From the NCBI GenBank assembly GCA_964035575.1, contig OZ037844.1, forward strand, positions 1,054,001-1,118,000: 64,000 nt of DNA, written 5' to 3'. The position numbers and the translations under genes were made by a program. The stretch is from Rhynchopus sp. YZ270_cl-10. Taxonomy: Eukaryota. This document shows, in pieces, positions 11,631 through 24,100 of this stretch; the first letter of the stretch is position 1, and each line of letters opens with the position of its first letter. Below the pieces are notes generated by a model. That model made no database searches, was not told the DNA's origin, and was given only the letters and a program-made list of their open reading frames with translations.

Positions 11631-13515
11631 AGAGCGGAGCTGTTGGTTATGCTTCTTCCAAGTCTGTGTTGATGTAGGTGGTGTTCAATTCCAGTTTATT
11701 CTCTTTTTCTGAAAACGGTTGTATTAGTGTAGCCACCCTAGAGTGTGCTCCACTATATATTTTTTTTTGATAAAAACTGCCGAAGTAGTTGCAGTTGTCT
11801 CTGCGCTTTTTTCCTTTGAATAATTCAATAAAATACGCAAAATATTATCCAATTTAAGCCTCTACCATATTCTCACAAAATACACTTCTATTTTCAAAAA
11901 AAAAATTCAAAAATTCAAAAAAAAAACAAGCATACCGCAAGGAGAGGCCGCGAATCCCCTTCTAGAATAGGTATTATTTGCCTTTTATGTGTTTCAATGA
12001 AAGCATCATAGGTGTGGATAACCGCACGCAGCTGAGTGCAGTCTGCCTCAAGCGAGGCTTCAATCGCGTCAATACGGCGGAACAATTCTTCATGAAGAGA
12101 GAGCCGGGTAAACCCTGAATGCCAATGCGCTACCTCCATCGAATCGACCACAAGCGAACCTTCATCACACGAACTTTGCACTGGGGTGGCAACAACATCG
12201 GAGTGTACAAGACTGTTCACAACGTGCTCCTGCTGAAGAGGCTGACTGTTAACCCTAAGAGGGGGCACCGCGTCATGTGGTTCGTCCATCCACGTCAAGG
12301 GTGCGCCCACCTGCACCACAGTATCACTCTGCACCGCCACCAAGTCAGTGGTCAATCCTTTCAACCCGGAGCTCTCAATGAACTCCAAAAACCCTGCAAC
12401 CACCTTCTTCACCTGACCCGCCTTTGTCTTCCTCTTTCGATCCCTCCGCCCCGTCGGCGCTTTTGCCTGCACACTCTTCTTCTTTCCTTCCTTTGGCAGA
12501 TTCCACTCCGAAAGGCTTTTATAAGGTAGAATAGCCTGCTGTAAGGAGGGAGGACAGAGGGTAACTGCACGGCTCAAGCCTTCGGAGGTGATCTCAATGT
12601 CACCATCTTGGACGTGGACGAGACGTTTGGCGCGTTCGACAACGTTTTCTTTGTTGGTTGGGCCAAAGATAAGTTTTGCGAGCTCAAAGGGGCTGAGGCA
12701 GCCGTAGATGTAACGTTCCTGTGCCTCGTCTGAAGGGGAGGAGAAAAACGTCGCGTAATACGAAGATGGACTGACAGCGTGTGGCACGCCTGAGGTGGCG
12801 CCGTCGGAGATGCCTTGCTCTGCTCCGGTGCGGATCACCTCGCGGAGTTTGTCTGCAGCCTGGGGAGGGAGGGGATGGGGATGAGGTTTTTAGAATAAGT
12901 AAAAAGAAACTTAAGTTGTTGATGCAGGCACGATACCAGCCATCCAAATGAAAGTATAAAGTATTTGCGGGCTACAACAGAAGAAATAAACAAATTTATT
13001 GCAAAAGAGGGTGGGGAAACAAATGTAACCTTTGGGTAGATTTCATAAAACTCTGGGGGAAAAAAAATCAAACATACTGTTTCATAAAGCCCGAGCTCCA
13101 CATAGCACCGTGAGATTTGGTACTTCGGAATGACGCTGTACGGCAACAGCTCTTCGGCTCGTCTATATGACACGAGGGCGGCTTTCCATTCGCCGAGGTG
13201 CCGGCTCTGGACGTCGCCTAGGCTTATGCTGGCACGGCCTGCGTATTTGGGGGAGCCTGTGAGGTTGCTGGCCATGCGGAGGACAGTGAGTGCGTTTTGG
13301 ACGGAGGCGTCGGACGCTGCTGGTGAATAGACACCGCTTTGCACCGTTCGGTCAACGTACTGCTTCAGCAACTCAAGACCCACAGAGGACACAAACTCTG
13401 CTAGTGGTGCCTGGTCGAAGAGACTCAGCATAGGTGAAAAGTCCAGCACCGCTACCGCAAATACCAACAGCACCACTGTCATCCACCCCCCACGGCCCGA
13501 GCTGCCCCCCCGCAT
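11631..13515 (-). CDS. Membrane-anchored TPR-like protein, multi-exon; 3' end unresolved (possibly extending to ~10903)
   Basis: Exon 13515-13078 has a TM helix and TPR-like helices. Intron 13077-12860 (GTATGT..CAG) joins in frame (LYET|AADKLRE). Exon 12859-11936, then a probable 33-nt exon 11663-11631; coding-like blocks near 11157-11055 and 11013-10903. Confidence 0.65.
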
Positions 13516-14156
13516 GGTCCCCAGTGCTGGCGGGGGCGCCGGCACGTAGGGAGCCCTCTGTCCAGCAGTAATCTTGCTAATTGTCCCACCACCCCAAAAG
13601 GGGGAATATTGTTTTGGAAAATTTAAAAAAAAAAAAAAAAAAAAACAGGGGGAAGAGAGAAAGGGAAAGAGGGAGGGAAACACGCAGCAGCTGTGTTTCT
13701 TTTTGTGGGGTTTTGGTGTATCTGAAGAGGGGGTGGGGGTGGTGGTGAGAGTGGTGAGGATGGGGAAGAAGGTTATGGGAAATGAGGTGATTTGGATGGA
13801 ACACAAATGAACAGCTTTTCCCCTCTTTCTTCCTATGGCTGATGTGCATTGTATTGACCATCAATAAAGAGAAGTTGAAAGTGCAAACGCCTCACCGTTC
13901 GTCGGCGGACGCAGGCACTGGTTCTCCCAATAAATACTTTGGGTGCTTTGCTTGAGAGGCATCATGAACAGTGCGGAACTCTGTGGTCTGGCACGGAGCC
14001 ACCTGCACTCACCAGTAAAAGATAACAGACCTGACATTGCATTTATGAAAAGATGTTTTTATTTGAAAAGTGTTATGTTACCACCATCATTACTGATGGT
14101 ATAGCCCAAGGGGAATTTCAAAGAAAACAATGATTCAGCTCAAGAGCCGCAGACAA

Positions 14157-17100
14157 TCAGGAAGGCTGTATTCCCACTGCGGTCACCTCAGACGCGTTCG
14201 TATAGTGCTCGAGAAGAATCTGCGCCACACGATGTCCATGTCGACGTGATGCGACGTGCAACGCAGTCTCGCCCCCATTAGCTGCGTGATTCACATTCAC
14301 CTCCGGCAAGCCCACAAGATAGCGCATAATCTCGGTGTGTCCAAAATATGCTGCAAGGATGAGACACGTGTTACCTGCGATGTCTGTGGCACGCACTCCC
14401 GCACCTGCTTCGACCAACATCTTCACCTTTGCCACATCCCCGTTTTCGCAAGCCACAAGCAGAGGCGAACGACCCAAGTTGTTCCTGGCCTCGATGTCTG
14501 CCCCTCCATCAATCAGCACCTGCACCACATCAGGACCACCCATCTTTGCTTCCCAGTGCAACACAGTCATCCCGTTCTCATCTGCGTGATTCACGTCCAC
14601 CTCCGGCAAGCCCACAAGATAGCGCATCATGTCAAATCCTTCCTGCAATGAACATCTACACCTTGCCCCTCGGATAAGACACGTGTCACCTTTGTTATCA
14701 GCAGCTTGCACATCCGCACCTGCGCCGACCAACACTTTCACTATAGCGAGATGCCCTGAAGAGCTCGCACAGAGCAGAGGTGTACGACCCCAGCTGCTCC
14801 TGGCCTCGATGTCTGCCCCTCCATCAATCAGCGCCTGCACCACATCGTGATGTACTCCCTGCTGTATCGCACAGAACAGTGCACTCCTGCCGTTGCGCAC
14901 TTCATCCACATCCACCTGTGGCAAGCCTGCAAGGTAGCGCACCGTCTCAGTGTGTCCTTGAATCACTGCGAGCAGAAGACAGGAGTCTCTTCTCTTGTCT
15001 GCTTCAGCCACTGCTGCACCTGCTTCGACCAACATCTTCACAATGTCGAGCTTGCCTAAAGTACAAGCCACGAGCAGAGGTGCACAACCCAAGTTGTTCC
15101 TTCTCTCGATGTCTGCCCCTGCTCCAATCAGCACCTGCACCACATCGGGATGTCCTTCCTGCGCTGCCCAGTGCAACGCAGTGTAGCCGTCATCATCTGT
15201 GTGATTCACATCCACATCCTTCAAGCCCGCAAGATAGCGCACAGTCTCGGTGTGTCCACGGAGTGACGCAAGGGCAAGACACGTGTCTCCATCCTTGTCT
15301 GTGACACACACTCCCGCACCTGCTTCGACCAACATCCTGGCAACTTCAAGTCCCCCACACTCGCTAGCCCACAGCAGAGGCGAACGACCAAAGTTGTCCC
15401 TTCGCTCGATGTCTGCCCCTGCTCCAATCAGCACCTGCACCACATCGGGATGTCCTTCCTGCGCTGCCCAGTGCAACGCAGTGTAGCCGGCATCATTTGT
15501 GTGATTCACATCCACATCCTTCAAGCCAACAAGATAGCGCACAGTCTCGGTGTGTCCACGGAGTGACGCAAGGGCAAGACACGTGTCTCCATCCTTGTCT
15601 GTGACACGCACTCCCTCACCTGCTTCGACCAACATCCTGGCAACTTCAAGTCCCCCACACTCGCAAGCACACAGCAGAGGCGAACGACCCAAGTTGTCCC
15701 TTCGCTCGATGTCTGCCCCTGCTCCAATCAGCACCTGCACCACATCGGGGTGTCCTTCGACCACCGCATGCTGCAACGCAGTTTGGTTGTTCAGGCCTTG
15801 GTGATTCACGTCGACATCCTTCAAGCCAACAAAATAACGCACAACATCGGGATGCCCACCATTCGCAGAAAGCATAAGACATGTGTTTCCTTCGTTGTCT
15901 GTGACACACACTCCTGCACCTGCTTCGACCAACATCTTCACAATATCGAGATGCCCTGTGGTGCTTGCCCTGAGAAGAGGTGAACATCCCTCCTTGTCTT
16001 TTGTCTCGATGTCTGCCCCTGCATCAATCAGCACCTGCACCACATCTGGATGTCCTTCCTGCACTGCACTGTACAATGCAGTGTGGTTGTTCATTGCTTG
16101 GTAATTGACTTCCACCTCCGGCAAGCCCACAAGATAGCGCACAGTCTCGGTGTGTCCAGAATATGAAGCACGGATAAGACACGTGTTTCCTTCATATTTG
16201 TCTGTGACACGCACTCCTGCACCTGCTTCGACCAACATCTTCACAATGTCGAGATGCCCTATGGTGCTTGCCATGAGCAGAGGTGAACGGCCATTATTGG
16301 TCTTCGCCTCGATGTCAGCCCCTGCATCAATGAGCACCCGCACCACATCGGAATATCCTTCCTGCACTGCGCAGTGCAACGCAGTGTAGCCGCTGACACC
16401 TGAGTGGTTTACATCCACATCCTTCAAGCCAACAAGATAGCGCACAGTCTCGATGTGTCCACGGACTGACGCAAGGGAAAGATCTGTGAGAAGGTTGTTG
16501 TCTGTGACACGCACTCTCGCACCTGCTTCGACCAACATCTTCACAATATTGAGATGTCCACAACCACTTGCCAACAGCAAAGGTGAACGTCCCTTCTCGT
16601 CTGTTGTCTCGATGTCTGCACCTGCATCAATGAGCACCCGCAACACATCGGGAAACTGTTTCCACACTGCCCAGTGCAACGCAGTGTCGCCGTTGTTGTC
16701 TGAATGATTCACGTCCACCTCTTTCAAGCCCACAAGAGAGCGCACAGTCTCGGTGTGTCCATGATATGACGCAAGCATAAGACACGTCTGCCCGTTGTCG
16801 CCTAGGACACGCACTCCCGCACCTGCTTCGATCAACATCTTCACAATGTCGAGCTTGCCTAAAGCACTAGCCACAAGCAGAGGCGAACGACCAAAGTTGT
16901 TCCTTCTCTCGATGTCTGCTCCTGCTCCAATCAGCACCTGCACCACATCTGGGTGTCCTTTGACCACCACATTGTGCAACGCAGTTTGGTTGTTCATTCC
17001 TTGGTGATTTACATCCACATCCTTCAAGCCAACAAAATAACGCACAGTCTCGGTGTGTCCACCATTCGCAGCAAGCATAAGACACGTGTCTCCTTCGTTG

Positions 17101-17672
17101 TCTGTGACACACACCCTCGCACCTGCTTCGACCAACATCTTCACAATATCGAGATGTCCTGTGGTGCTCGCCCTGAGCAGAGGTGAACGTCCATTCTCGT
17201 CCTTTGTCTCGATGTCTGCCTCTGCATCAATGAGCACCTGACACACTGCAGGGTCCTCCCACATGGCTGGACAGGGACGAGGTTTCTTACTTTGGATGTC
17301 TGCCTCCTGCCCGTGTAGGACAAACGCAACGTTGCTGCAGACTGACTTCCAATGCTGCAAGAGGACCTCCGTGCACGCAGTATGGTCTGCGTGGATGCAC
17401 TCACTCAGCAGCATCCCAAAGCCCATCTGCGTTGTCTCAACATACGGAAGAAGCAGTGCGAGGCATTCATCGTGGTTCCCTCTGCATGCCTCGTGCACAG
17501 CATCGAAGGCAACCGTTTTGCTGTCTGTGTCTGGTCTGAGCTTCTCAAGTCCCACCCGCACGGCAGTCGTGTCGCCGTTCCTGGCAGCCTCCACCAAGAC
17601 CGAGTCTGCAGAAAGCTTTCTTCTCTTTGGTGCCTTCTCGTCAGGTGTGCTGTCTGCGTGTCGCTTCGACAT
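14157..17672 (-). CDS. Ankyrin-repeat protein, copy A (~1171 aa, about 30 repeats)
   Basis: Conserved MSKRH start with PKRRK; repeating GRSPLL / GxTCL..GHTETVRYL / TALH triplets with 300-nt periodicity. Confidence 0.93.
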   Translation of the reverse strand: MSKRHADSTPDEKAPKRRKLSADSVLVEAARNGDTTAVRVGLEKLRPDTDSKTVAFDAVHEACRGNHDECLALLLPYVETTQMGFGMLLSECIHADHTACTEVLLQHWKSVCSNVAFVLHGQEADIQSKKPRPCPAMWEDPAVCQVLIDAEADIETKDENGRSPLLRASTTGHLDIVKMLVEAGARVCVTDNEGDTCLMLAANGGHTETVRYFVGLKDVDVNHQGMNNQTALHNVVVKGHPDVVQVLIGAGADIERRNNFGRSPLLVASALGKLDIVKMLIEAGAGVRVLGDNGQTCLMLASYHGHTETVRSLVGLKEVDVNHSDNNGDTALHWAVWKQFPDVLRVLIDAGADIETTDEKGRSPLLLASGCGHLNIVKMLVEAGARVRVTDNNLLTDLSLASVRGHIETVRYLVGLKDVDVNHSGVSGYTALHCAVQEGYSDVVRVLIDAGADIEAKTNNGRSPLLMASTIGHLDIVKMLVEAGAGVRVTDKYEGNTCLIRASYSGHTETVRYLVGLPEVEVNYQAMNNHTALYSAVQEGHPDVVQVLIDAGADIETKDKEGCSPLLRASTTGHLDIVKMLVEAGAGVCVTDNEGNTCLMLSANGGHPDVVRYFVGLKDVDVNHQGLNNQTALQHAVVEGHPDVVQVLIGAGADIERRDNLGRSPLLCACECGGLEVARMLVEAGEGVRVTDKDGDTCLALASLRGHTETVRYLVGLKDVDVNHTNDAGYTALHWAAQEGHPDVVQVLIGAGADIERRDNFGRSPLLWASECGGLEVARMLVEAGAGVCVTDKDGDTCLALASLRGHTETVRYLAGLKDVDVNHTDDDGYTALHWAAQEGHPDVVQVLIGAGADIERRNNLGCAPLLVACTLGKLDIVKMLVEAGAAVAEADKRRDSCLLLAVIQGHTETVRYLAGLPQVDVDEVRNGRSALFCAIQQGVHHDVVQALIDGGADIEARSSWGRTPLLCASSSGHLAIVKVLVGAGADVQAADNKGDTCLIRGARCRCSLQEGFDMMRYLVGLPEVDVNHADENGMTVLHWEAKMGGPDVVQVLIDGGADIEARNNLGRSPLLVACENGDVAKVKMLVEAGAGVRATDIAGNTCLILAAYFGHTEIMRYLVGLPEVNVNHAANGGETALHVASRRHGHRVAQILLEHYTNASEVTAVGIQPS

Positions 17673-18648
17673 GGTTTTGAACTTCTCGTTAATGTGTGTT
17701 GTGGTTTTCCTTTTCATGCGTGGGTTGTGAGGTGGGGAGGAGGGACACAAAGGAGACAAAGGAGGGGTCTGAAGACGTCACTTTCAGGCTTTCCTTCTGT
17801 TCTGCGTGTGGGCATCACTGACATATCTCAGATTTAGTAGTGAGAGTGGCGAGGATGGAGGTGAAAGAAGGTTGTGGGAAAACATATGGGATGGTTGTGC
17901 TGGTTTTCTTCTTTGGAAGACTTGGTTGTATTAGTGTAGCCACCCTAGAGTGTGCTCCACTATATTCTTTTCTTTTCCCCGTATCTGGCTGATGTCTGTA
18001 TTGTGAGTCAAAGCCTTTAACAAGCCTTTCTGCTTGTTTTGTTTCTCTCTCCCTACGTCACGTTCTGAAAGCAGTCCTACGGGGAAAGAGGGAGACATGG
18101 GTCACCCATGCTTGACACATGATGGTGACAAAACGTGGCAATGTTTACACAGCGCCAAACGCAATTATTTTTTGTAGTTTCGACAATCACCTGTCCGAGG
18201 ACGGGTTCTGTACACAAAGGTAGCCCGAAGGCTAATGAATTTCAAAGGTACAGATGCAGATCATCCTCAACCCAAAGAAATCTGTTTTAAGTTTTTCTGA
18301 AAAGTTGAAAAGTTGAAAAATTGAAAAGAAGAGCGCGTTGCACGAACACCCTTGTCTTGCTAATTGCAATATTGCACGGTATCTAACATTTAGAACAAAA
18401 ACCAGAAAGGGCAACAGAACGTGTTTTTCCTATCCCCACCCAGTAGCAGTGCCCCCCGTAGCATTGGTCGCAGGAGGTCTTCAGTCTTCTGCTCGTGGGG
18501 TTTGGGAGGGTTTGGGATATGATTTGCCAGAAAAAATACAAACGTCCTAAACCGGCCTCACCACTCACGTCAAGTAGCCGACACACACAAATAAAAAAAG
18601 GACGGAATTTCAAAGAAAACAATGATTCAACTCAAGAGCCGCAGACAA

Positions 18649-21600
18649 TCAGGAAGGCTGTATTCCCACTGCGGTCACCTCAGACGCGTTCGTGGAGTGC
18701 TCGAGAAGAATCTGCGCCACACGATGTCCATGTCGACGTGATGCGACGTGCAACGCAGTCTCGCCCCCATTAGCTGCGTGATTCACATCCACTTCCGGCA
18801 AGCCAATAAGATAGCGCATAATCTCGGTGTGTCCAAAATGTGCTGCAAGGATGAGACACGTGTTACCTGCGATGTCTGTGGCACGCACTCCCGCACCTGC
18901 TTCGACCAACATCTTCACCTTTGCCACATCCCCGTTCTCGCAAGCCACAAGCAGAGGCGAACGACCCAAGTTGTTCCTGGCCTCGATGTCTGCCCCTCCA
19001 TCAATCAGCACTTGCACCACATCAGGATAACCTCTCTTTGCTGCCCCATGCAACGCAGTCATCCCGTTCTCATCTGCGTGATTCACGTCCACCTCCGGCA
19101 AGCCCACAAGATAGCGCATCAGCAGGCCTTCCTCCTGCGATAAACATCTACACCTTGCCCCTTGAATAAGACATGTTTCACCTTTGCTATCAGTGACTTG
19201 CACATCCGCACCTGCACCGACCAACACTTTCACTATAGCGAGATGCCCCAAAGAGCTCGCAAAGAGCAGAGGCTTGCGACCCCCCCAGCTGCTAATTCTC
19301 TCGATGTCTGCCCCTCCATCAATCAGCGCCTGCACCACATCGTGATGTACTCCCTGCTGTATCGCACAGAACAGTGCACTCTGGCGGTTGCGCACTTCAT
19401 CCACATCCACCTGTGGCAAGCCTGCAAGGTAGCGCACCGTCTCAGTGTGTCCTTGAATCACTGCGAGCAGAAGACAGGAGTCTCTTCTCTTGTCTGCTTC
19501 AGCCACTGCTGCGCCTGCTTCGACCAACATCTTCACACTCACGACATCATCACGAAGGCTCGCACACTCCAGAGGCGAGTGACCCCAACTGCCCTTTGTC
19601 TCGATGTCTGCCCCTGCATCAATCAGCACCCGCACCACATCTGGATGTCCTTCCTGCACTGCACTGTACAACGCAGTGTGGTTGTTCCTTGCTTGGTAAT
19701 TGACTTCCACCTCCGGCAAGCCCACAAGATAGCGCACAGTCTCGGTGTGTCCATGATGTGCTGCAAGGATAAGACACGTCTGTCCTATGTTGTCTTGTGT
19801 GACACGCACTCCCGCACCTGCTTCGACCAACATCTTAACAATGTCGAGCTTGCCTAAAGTACTAGCCACAAGCAGAGGTGCACAACCCAAGTTGTTCCTT
19901 CTCTGCTCCAATCAGCACCTGCACCACATCGGGGTGTCCTTCCTCCACCGCATTCTGCAACGCAGGTTGTTCATTCCTTGGTGATGCACGTCCACATCCT
20001 TCAAGCCAACAAGATAACGCACAGTCTCGGTGTGTCCAAAATGTGCCGCAAGGATCAGACACGTGTCTCCATCCTTGTCTGTGATACGCACTCCCGCACC
20101 TGCTTCGACCAACATCCTGGCAACTTCAAGTCCCCCACACTCGCTCGCACACAGCAGAGGCGAACGACCCAAGTTGTCCCTTCTCTCGATGTCTGCCCCT
20201 GCTCCAATCAGCACCTGCACCACTTCTGCACGTTTTCGGAGCACTGCGCCGTGCAACGAGGTCATCCCATTCTCACCTGCGTGATTCACATCCACCTCTG
20301 GCAAGCCCACAAGATAATGCACCATATCGGTGTGTCCACCATTCGCAGCAAGCGTAAGACATGTGGCACCCTTGTTGTCTGTGACACACACTCCTGCACC
20401 TGCTCCGATCAACATCTTCACAATGTCGAGCTTGCCGAACATGCTTGTCAAGAGCAGAGCTGAACGCCCGTCCTTGTTCTTAGTCTCCACGTCTGCCCCT
20501 GCTGCAATGAGCTCCTGCACCAGGTCGGGATACGGTAGCCGCACTGCGAAGTGCAACGCAGTCTCGCCACAGTTATTTACATGATTCACATCCACCTCCG
20601 GCAAGCCCACAAGATAGCGCACAGTGTCAACGTAGCGAGCAGGCGCCTTAGTGCTCAGAGACGTCGAGTCTTGCTCATCTGGGGACTCAAGTTTCGGTAC
20701 CGGTGACTGTGCTGCCACACTCGGCTCTTCACTCATTCGTCTGAAAACCTCCATAAGTCCAGGCATTGCGGATTTAGCCACGTCGCGATGAGAGTTGTCA
20801 CCTTGGGACGTCGTCGCTTGCACCGTGCCATGTGCGTGTTGTCTCAGCTTTGAGAGAAAGTCAATCGCTGCAGGTACCCGTTCCTCCGGTGGCAAACTAA
20901 ATAAAAGGCGCAATAAATTGCGTACATTCTCTTCTTGAGCAACTGCTGCTGCAATGGTAAGACATGTGTCACCCTTGTTGTCTGTGACACGCACTCCCGC
21001 ACCTGCTTCGACCAACATCTTCACAATATCGAAGCTCCCTGACCTGCTTGCCAAGAGCAGAGGTGAAGACTTGTCCTTGTTATTTGCCTCGATGTCTGCC
21101 CCTGCATCGATGAGTTCCTGCACCACATCGGGAAACTGTTGCTGTACTGCGAAGTGCAACGCAGTGTAGCCGTCAGCATCTGGATGATTGACTTCCACAT
21201 CCTTCAAGCCGGCAAGATAGCGTACAGTCTCGGTGCGTCCATGACATGACGCAAGGGTAAGACACGTGCGCCCTTTGTTGTCTGTGGCACGCACTCCAGC
21301 ACCTGCTTCGACTAACATCTTCACAATGTCAGTCATGTCAACACAGCAAGCCATAAGCAGAGCTGAACGCCCGTCCTCATCCGTTCTGTCCAGCTCTGCC
21401 CCTGCATCAATTAGTACCTTCACCACATCGGGAAACTGCTGCTGTACTGCGAAGTGTAACGCAGTGTAGCCATTGTTCTCTGAGTGATTCACGTCCACAT
21501 CCTTCAAGCCAACAAGATAGCGCACAGTCTCGGTGTGTCCAAAGTATGACGCAAGGGGAAGACACGTGTCACCCTTGTTGTCTGTGACACGCACTCCCGA

Positions 21601-23355
21601 ACCTGCTTCGACCAACATCTTCACAATATCGAAGCTCCCTGACCTGCTTGCCAAGAGCAGAGGTGAAGACTTGTCCTTGTTATTTGCCTCGATGTCTGCC
21701 CCTGCATCGATGAGTTCCTGCACCACATCGGGAAACTGTTGCTGTACTGCGAAGTGCAAAGCAGTGTAGCCGTCAGCATCTGGATGACTGACTTCTACAT
21801 CCTTCAAGCCGGCAAGATAGCGTACAGTCTCGGTGTGTCCAAAATATGACGCAAGGGTAAGACACGTGCGTCCTTTGTTGTCTGTGGCACGCACTACCGC
21901 ACCTGCTTCGACCAACATCTTCACAATGTCAGGCATGTCCATACAGCTAGCCACGAGCAGAGCTGAACGCCCGTCCTCACCCGTTCTGTCCAGTTCTGCC
22001 CCTGCATCAATTAACACCTTCACTATGTCTTGATGCTTTCCAACGACTGCTAAGTGCAACGCAGTCAGGTTAAGATCTTTGCAACCTAGTTGATTCACGT
22101 CCACTTGCGGCAGGCCCACAAGATAGCGCACAATCTCGGTGTGTCCATGATATGCCGCACGGAGAAGACACGTCACTCCTTCTATATTTGAACCGCGCAC
22201 ACCCGCACCTGCTTCCACCAACATCTTCACAATGTCGAGATGCCCTGTGGTGCAAGCCAACAGCAGAGGTGAAGACCCTTCCTCGTCCTTTACCTCGATG
22301 TCTGCCCCAGCCTCAAACAGCACCTCAACCACACCTGGATGGTTTCGCATCACTGCAAAATGCAACGCAGTGTGGCCACAGTTCGTGTGATTCACGTCCA
22401 CATCCTTCAAGCCAACAAGATAGCGCACAGTCTCGGTGTGTCCTGAACCTGACGCAATGATAAGACATGTGTATCTGTGGCTGTCTGAGACACACACTCC
22501 CGCACCTGCTTCGACCAACATCTTCACAATATCGAGATGCCCTGTGGTGCTTGCCAAGAGCAGAGGTGAACGGCCAACTTTGCTCTTCACCTCGATGTCT
22601 GCACCTGCATCAATGAGAAGACACACCACATCGGGAAACTGCTGCTGCACTGCGATATGTAACGCAGTGTAGCCGTTGTTCTCTGCGTGATTCACGTCCA
22701 CCTCTGGCAAGACCACAAGATAGCGCACAGTCTCGGTGTGTCCAAAATATGCCGCAAGGGGAAGACACGTGTCACCCTTGGTGTCTGTGACACACACTCC
22801 CGCACCTGCTTCGACCAACATCTTCACAACTGCGAACTTTCCCGAAACGCTTGCCCTGAGAAGAGGTGAACGTCCATCCTCATCCTTTGTCTCGATGTCT
22901 GCCCCTGCATCAATGAGCACCTGACACACTGCAGGGTCCTCCCACATGGCTGGACAGGGACGAGGTTTCTTACTTTGGATGTCTGCCTCCTGCCCGTGTG
23001 GGACAAACGCAACGTTGCTGCAGACTGACTTCCAATGCTGCAAGAGGACCTCCGTGCACGCAGTGTGGTCTGCGTGGATGCACTCACTCAGCAGCATCCC
23101 AAAGCCCATCTGCGTTGTCTCAACATACGGAAGAAGCAGTGCGAGGCATTCATCGTGGTTCCCTCTGCATGCCTCGTGCACAGCATCGAAGGCGACCGTT
23201 TTGCTGTCTGTGTCTGGGATGAGCTTCTCAAGTCCCGCCCGCACGGCAGTCGTGTCGCCGTTCCTGGCAGCCTCCACCAAGACCGAGGCTGCAGAAAGCT
23301 TTCTTCTCTTTGGTGCCTTCTCGTCAGGTGTGCTGTCTGTGTGTCGCTTCGACAT
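18649..23355 (-). pseudogene. Ankyrin-repeat protein, copy B, interrupted by two deletions and a TGA (19912-19914)
   Basis: Colinear with copy C; 4-bp deletion near 19965 and 14-bp deletion near 19904. The two ORFs abut in the same frame. Confidence 0.8.
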
Positions 23356-24100
23356 GGTTTTGAACTTCTCGTTAATGTGTGTTGTGGTTTTCCTTTTTAT
23401 GCGTGGGTTGTGAGGTGGGGAGGAGGGACACAAAGGAGACAAAGGAGGTGTCTGAAGACGTCACTTTCAGGCTGTCCTTCTTTTCTGCGTGTGGGCATCA
23501 TTGATATATCTCAGATTTAGGAGTGAGAGTGGTGAGGATGGAGGTGAAAGAAGGTTATGGGAAATGAGGTGATTTGGATGGAACACAAATGAACAGCTTT
23601 TCCCCTCTTTCTTCCTATGGCTGATGTGCATTGTATTGACCATCAATAAAGAGAAGTTGAAAGTGCAAACGCCTCACCGTTCGTCGGCGGACGCGGGCAT
23701 TGGTTCTCCCAATAAATACTTTGGGTGCTTTGCTTGAGAGGCATCATGAACACTGCGGAACTCTGTGGTCTGGCACGGAGCCACCTGCACTCACCAGATC
23801 CAAGCTTTGTGTCTTTGCTTGTGCTCAACAGTGCAAAGTTTTGCTTTGCGATCTGGGTCACACCTCGTGAGGGGGGAAAGGGGAAAATGGGTCACCTATG
23901 CTTGGTAGATCATGGTGACAAAACGTGGCGAACACAACAAATATATTTGATTGAGTAAAAGACAGCAGACCTGCCACTGCTTTTTTGAAAAGGGGTTTTT
24001 ATTTTGAAAAATTTTATGTTACAACAACAATCATAGATGGAAGCCTGGCCGATTCGGTCTGACTTTTTGGAAAATCAGAAAAAGTCGGCAAACCTTTTTT

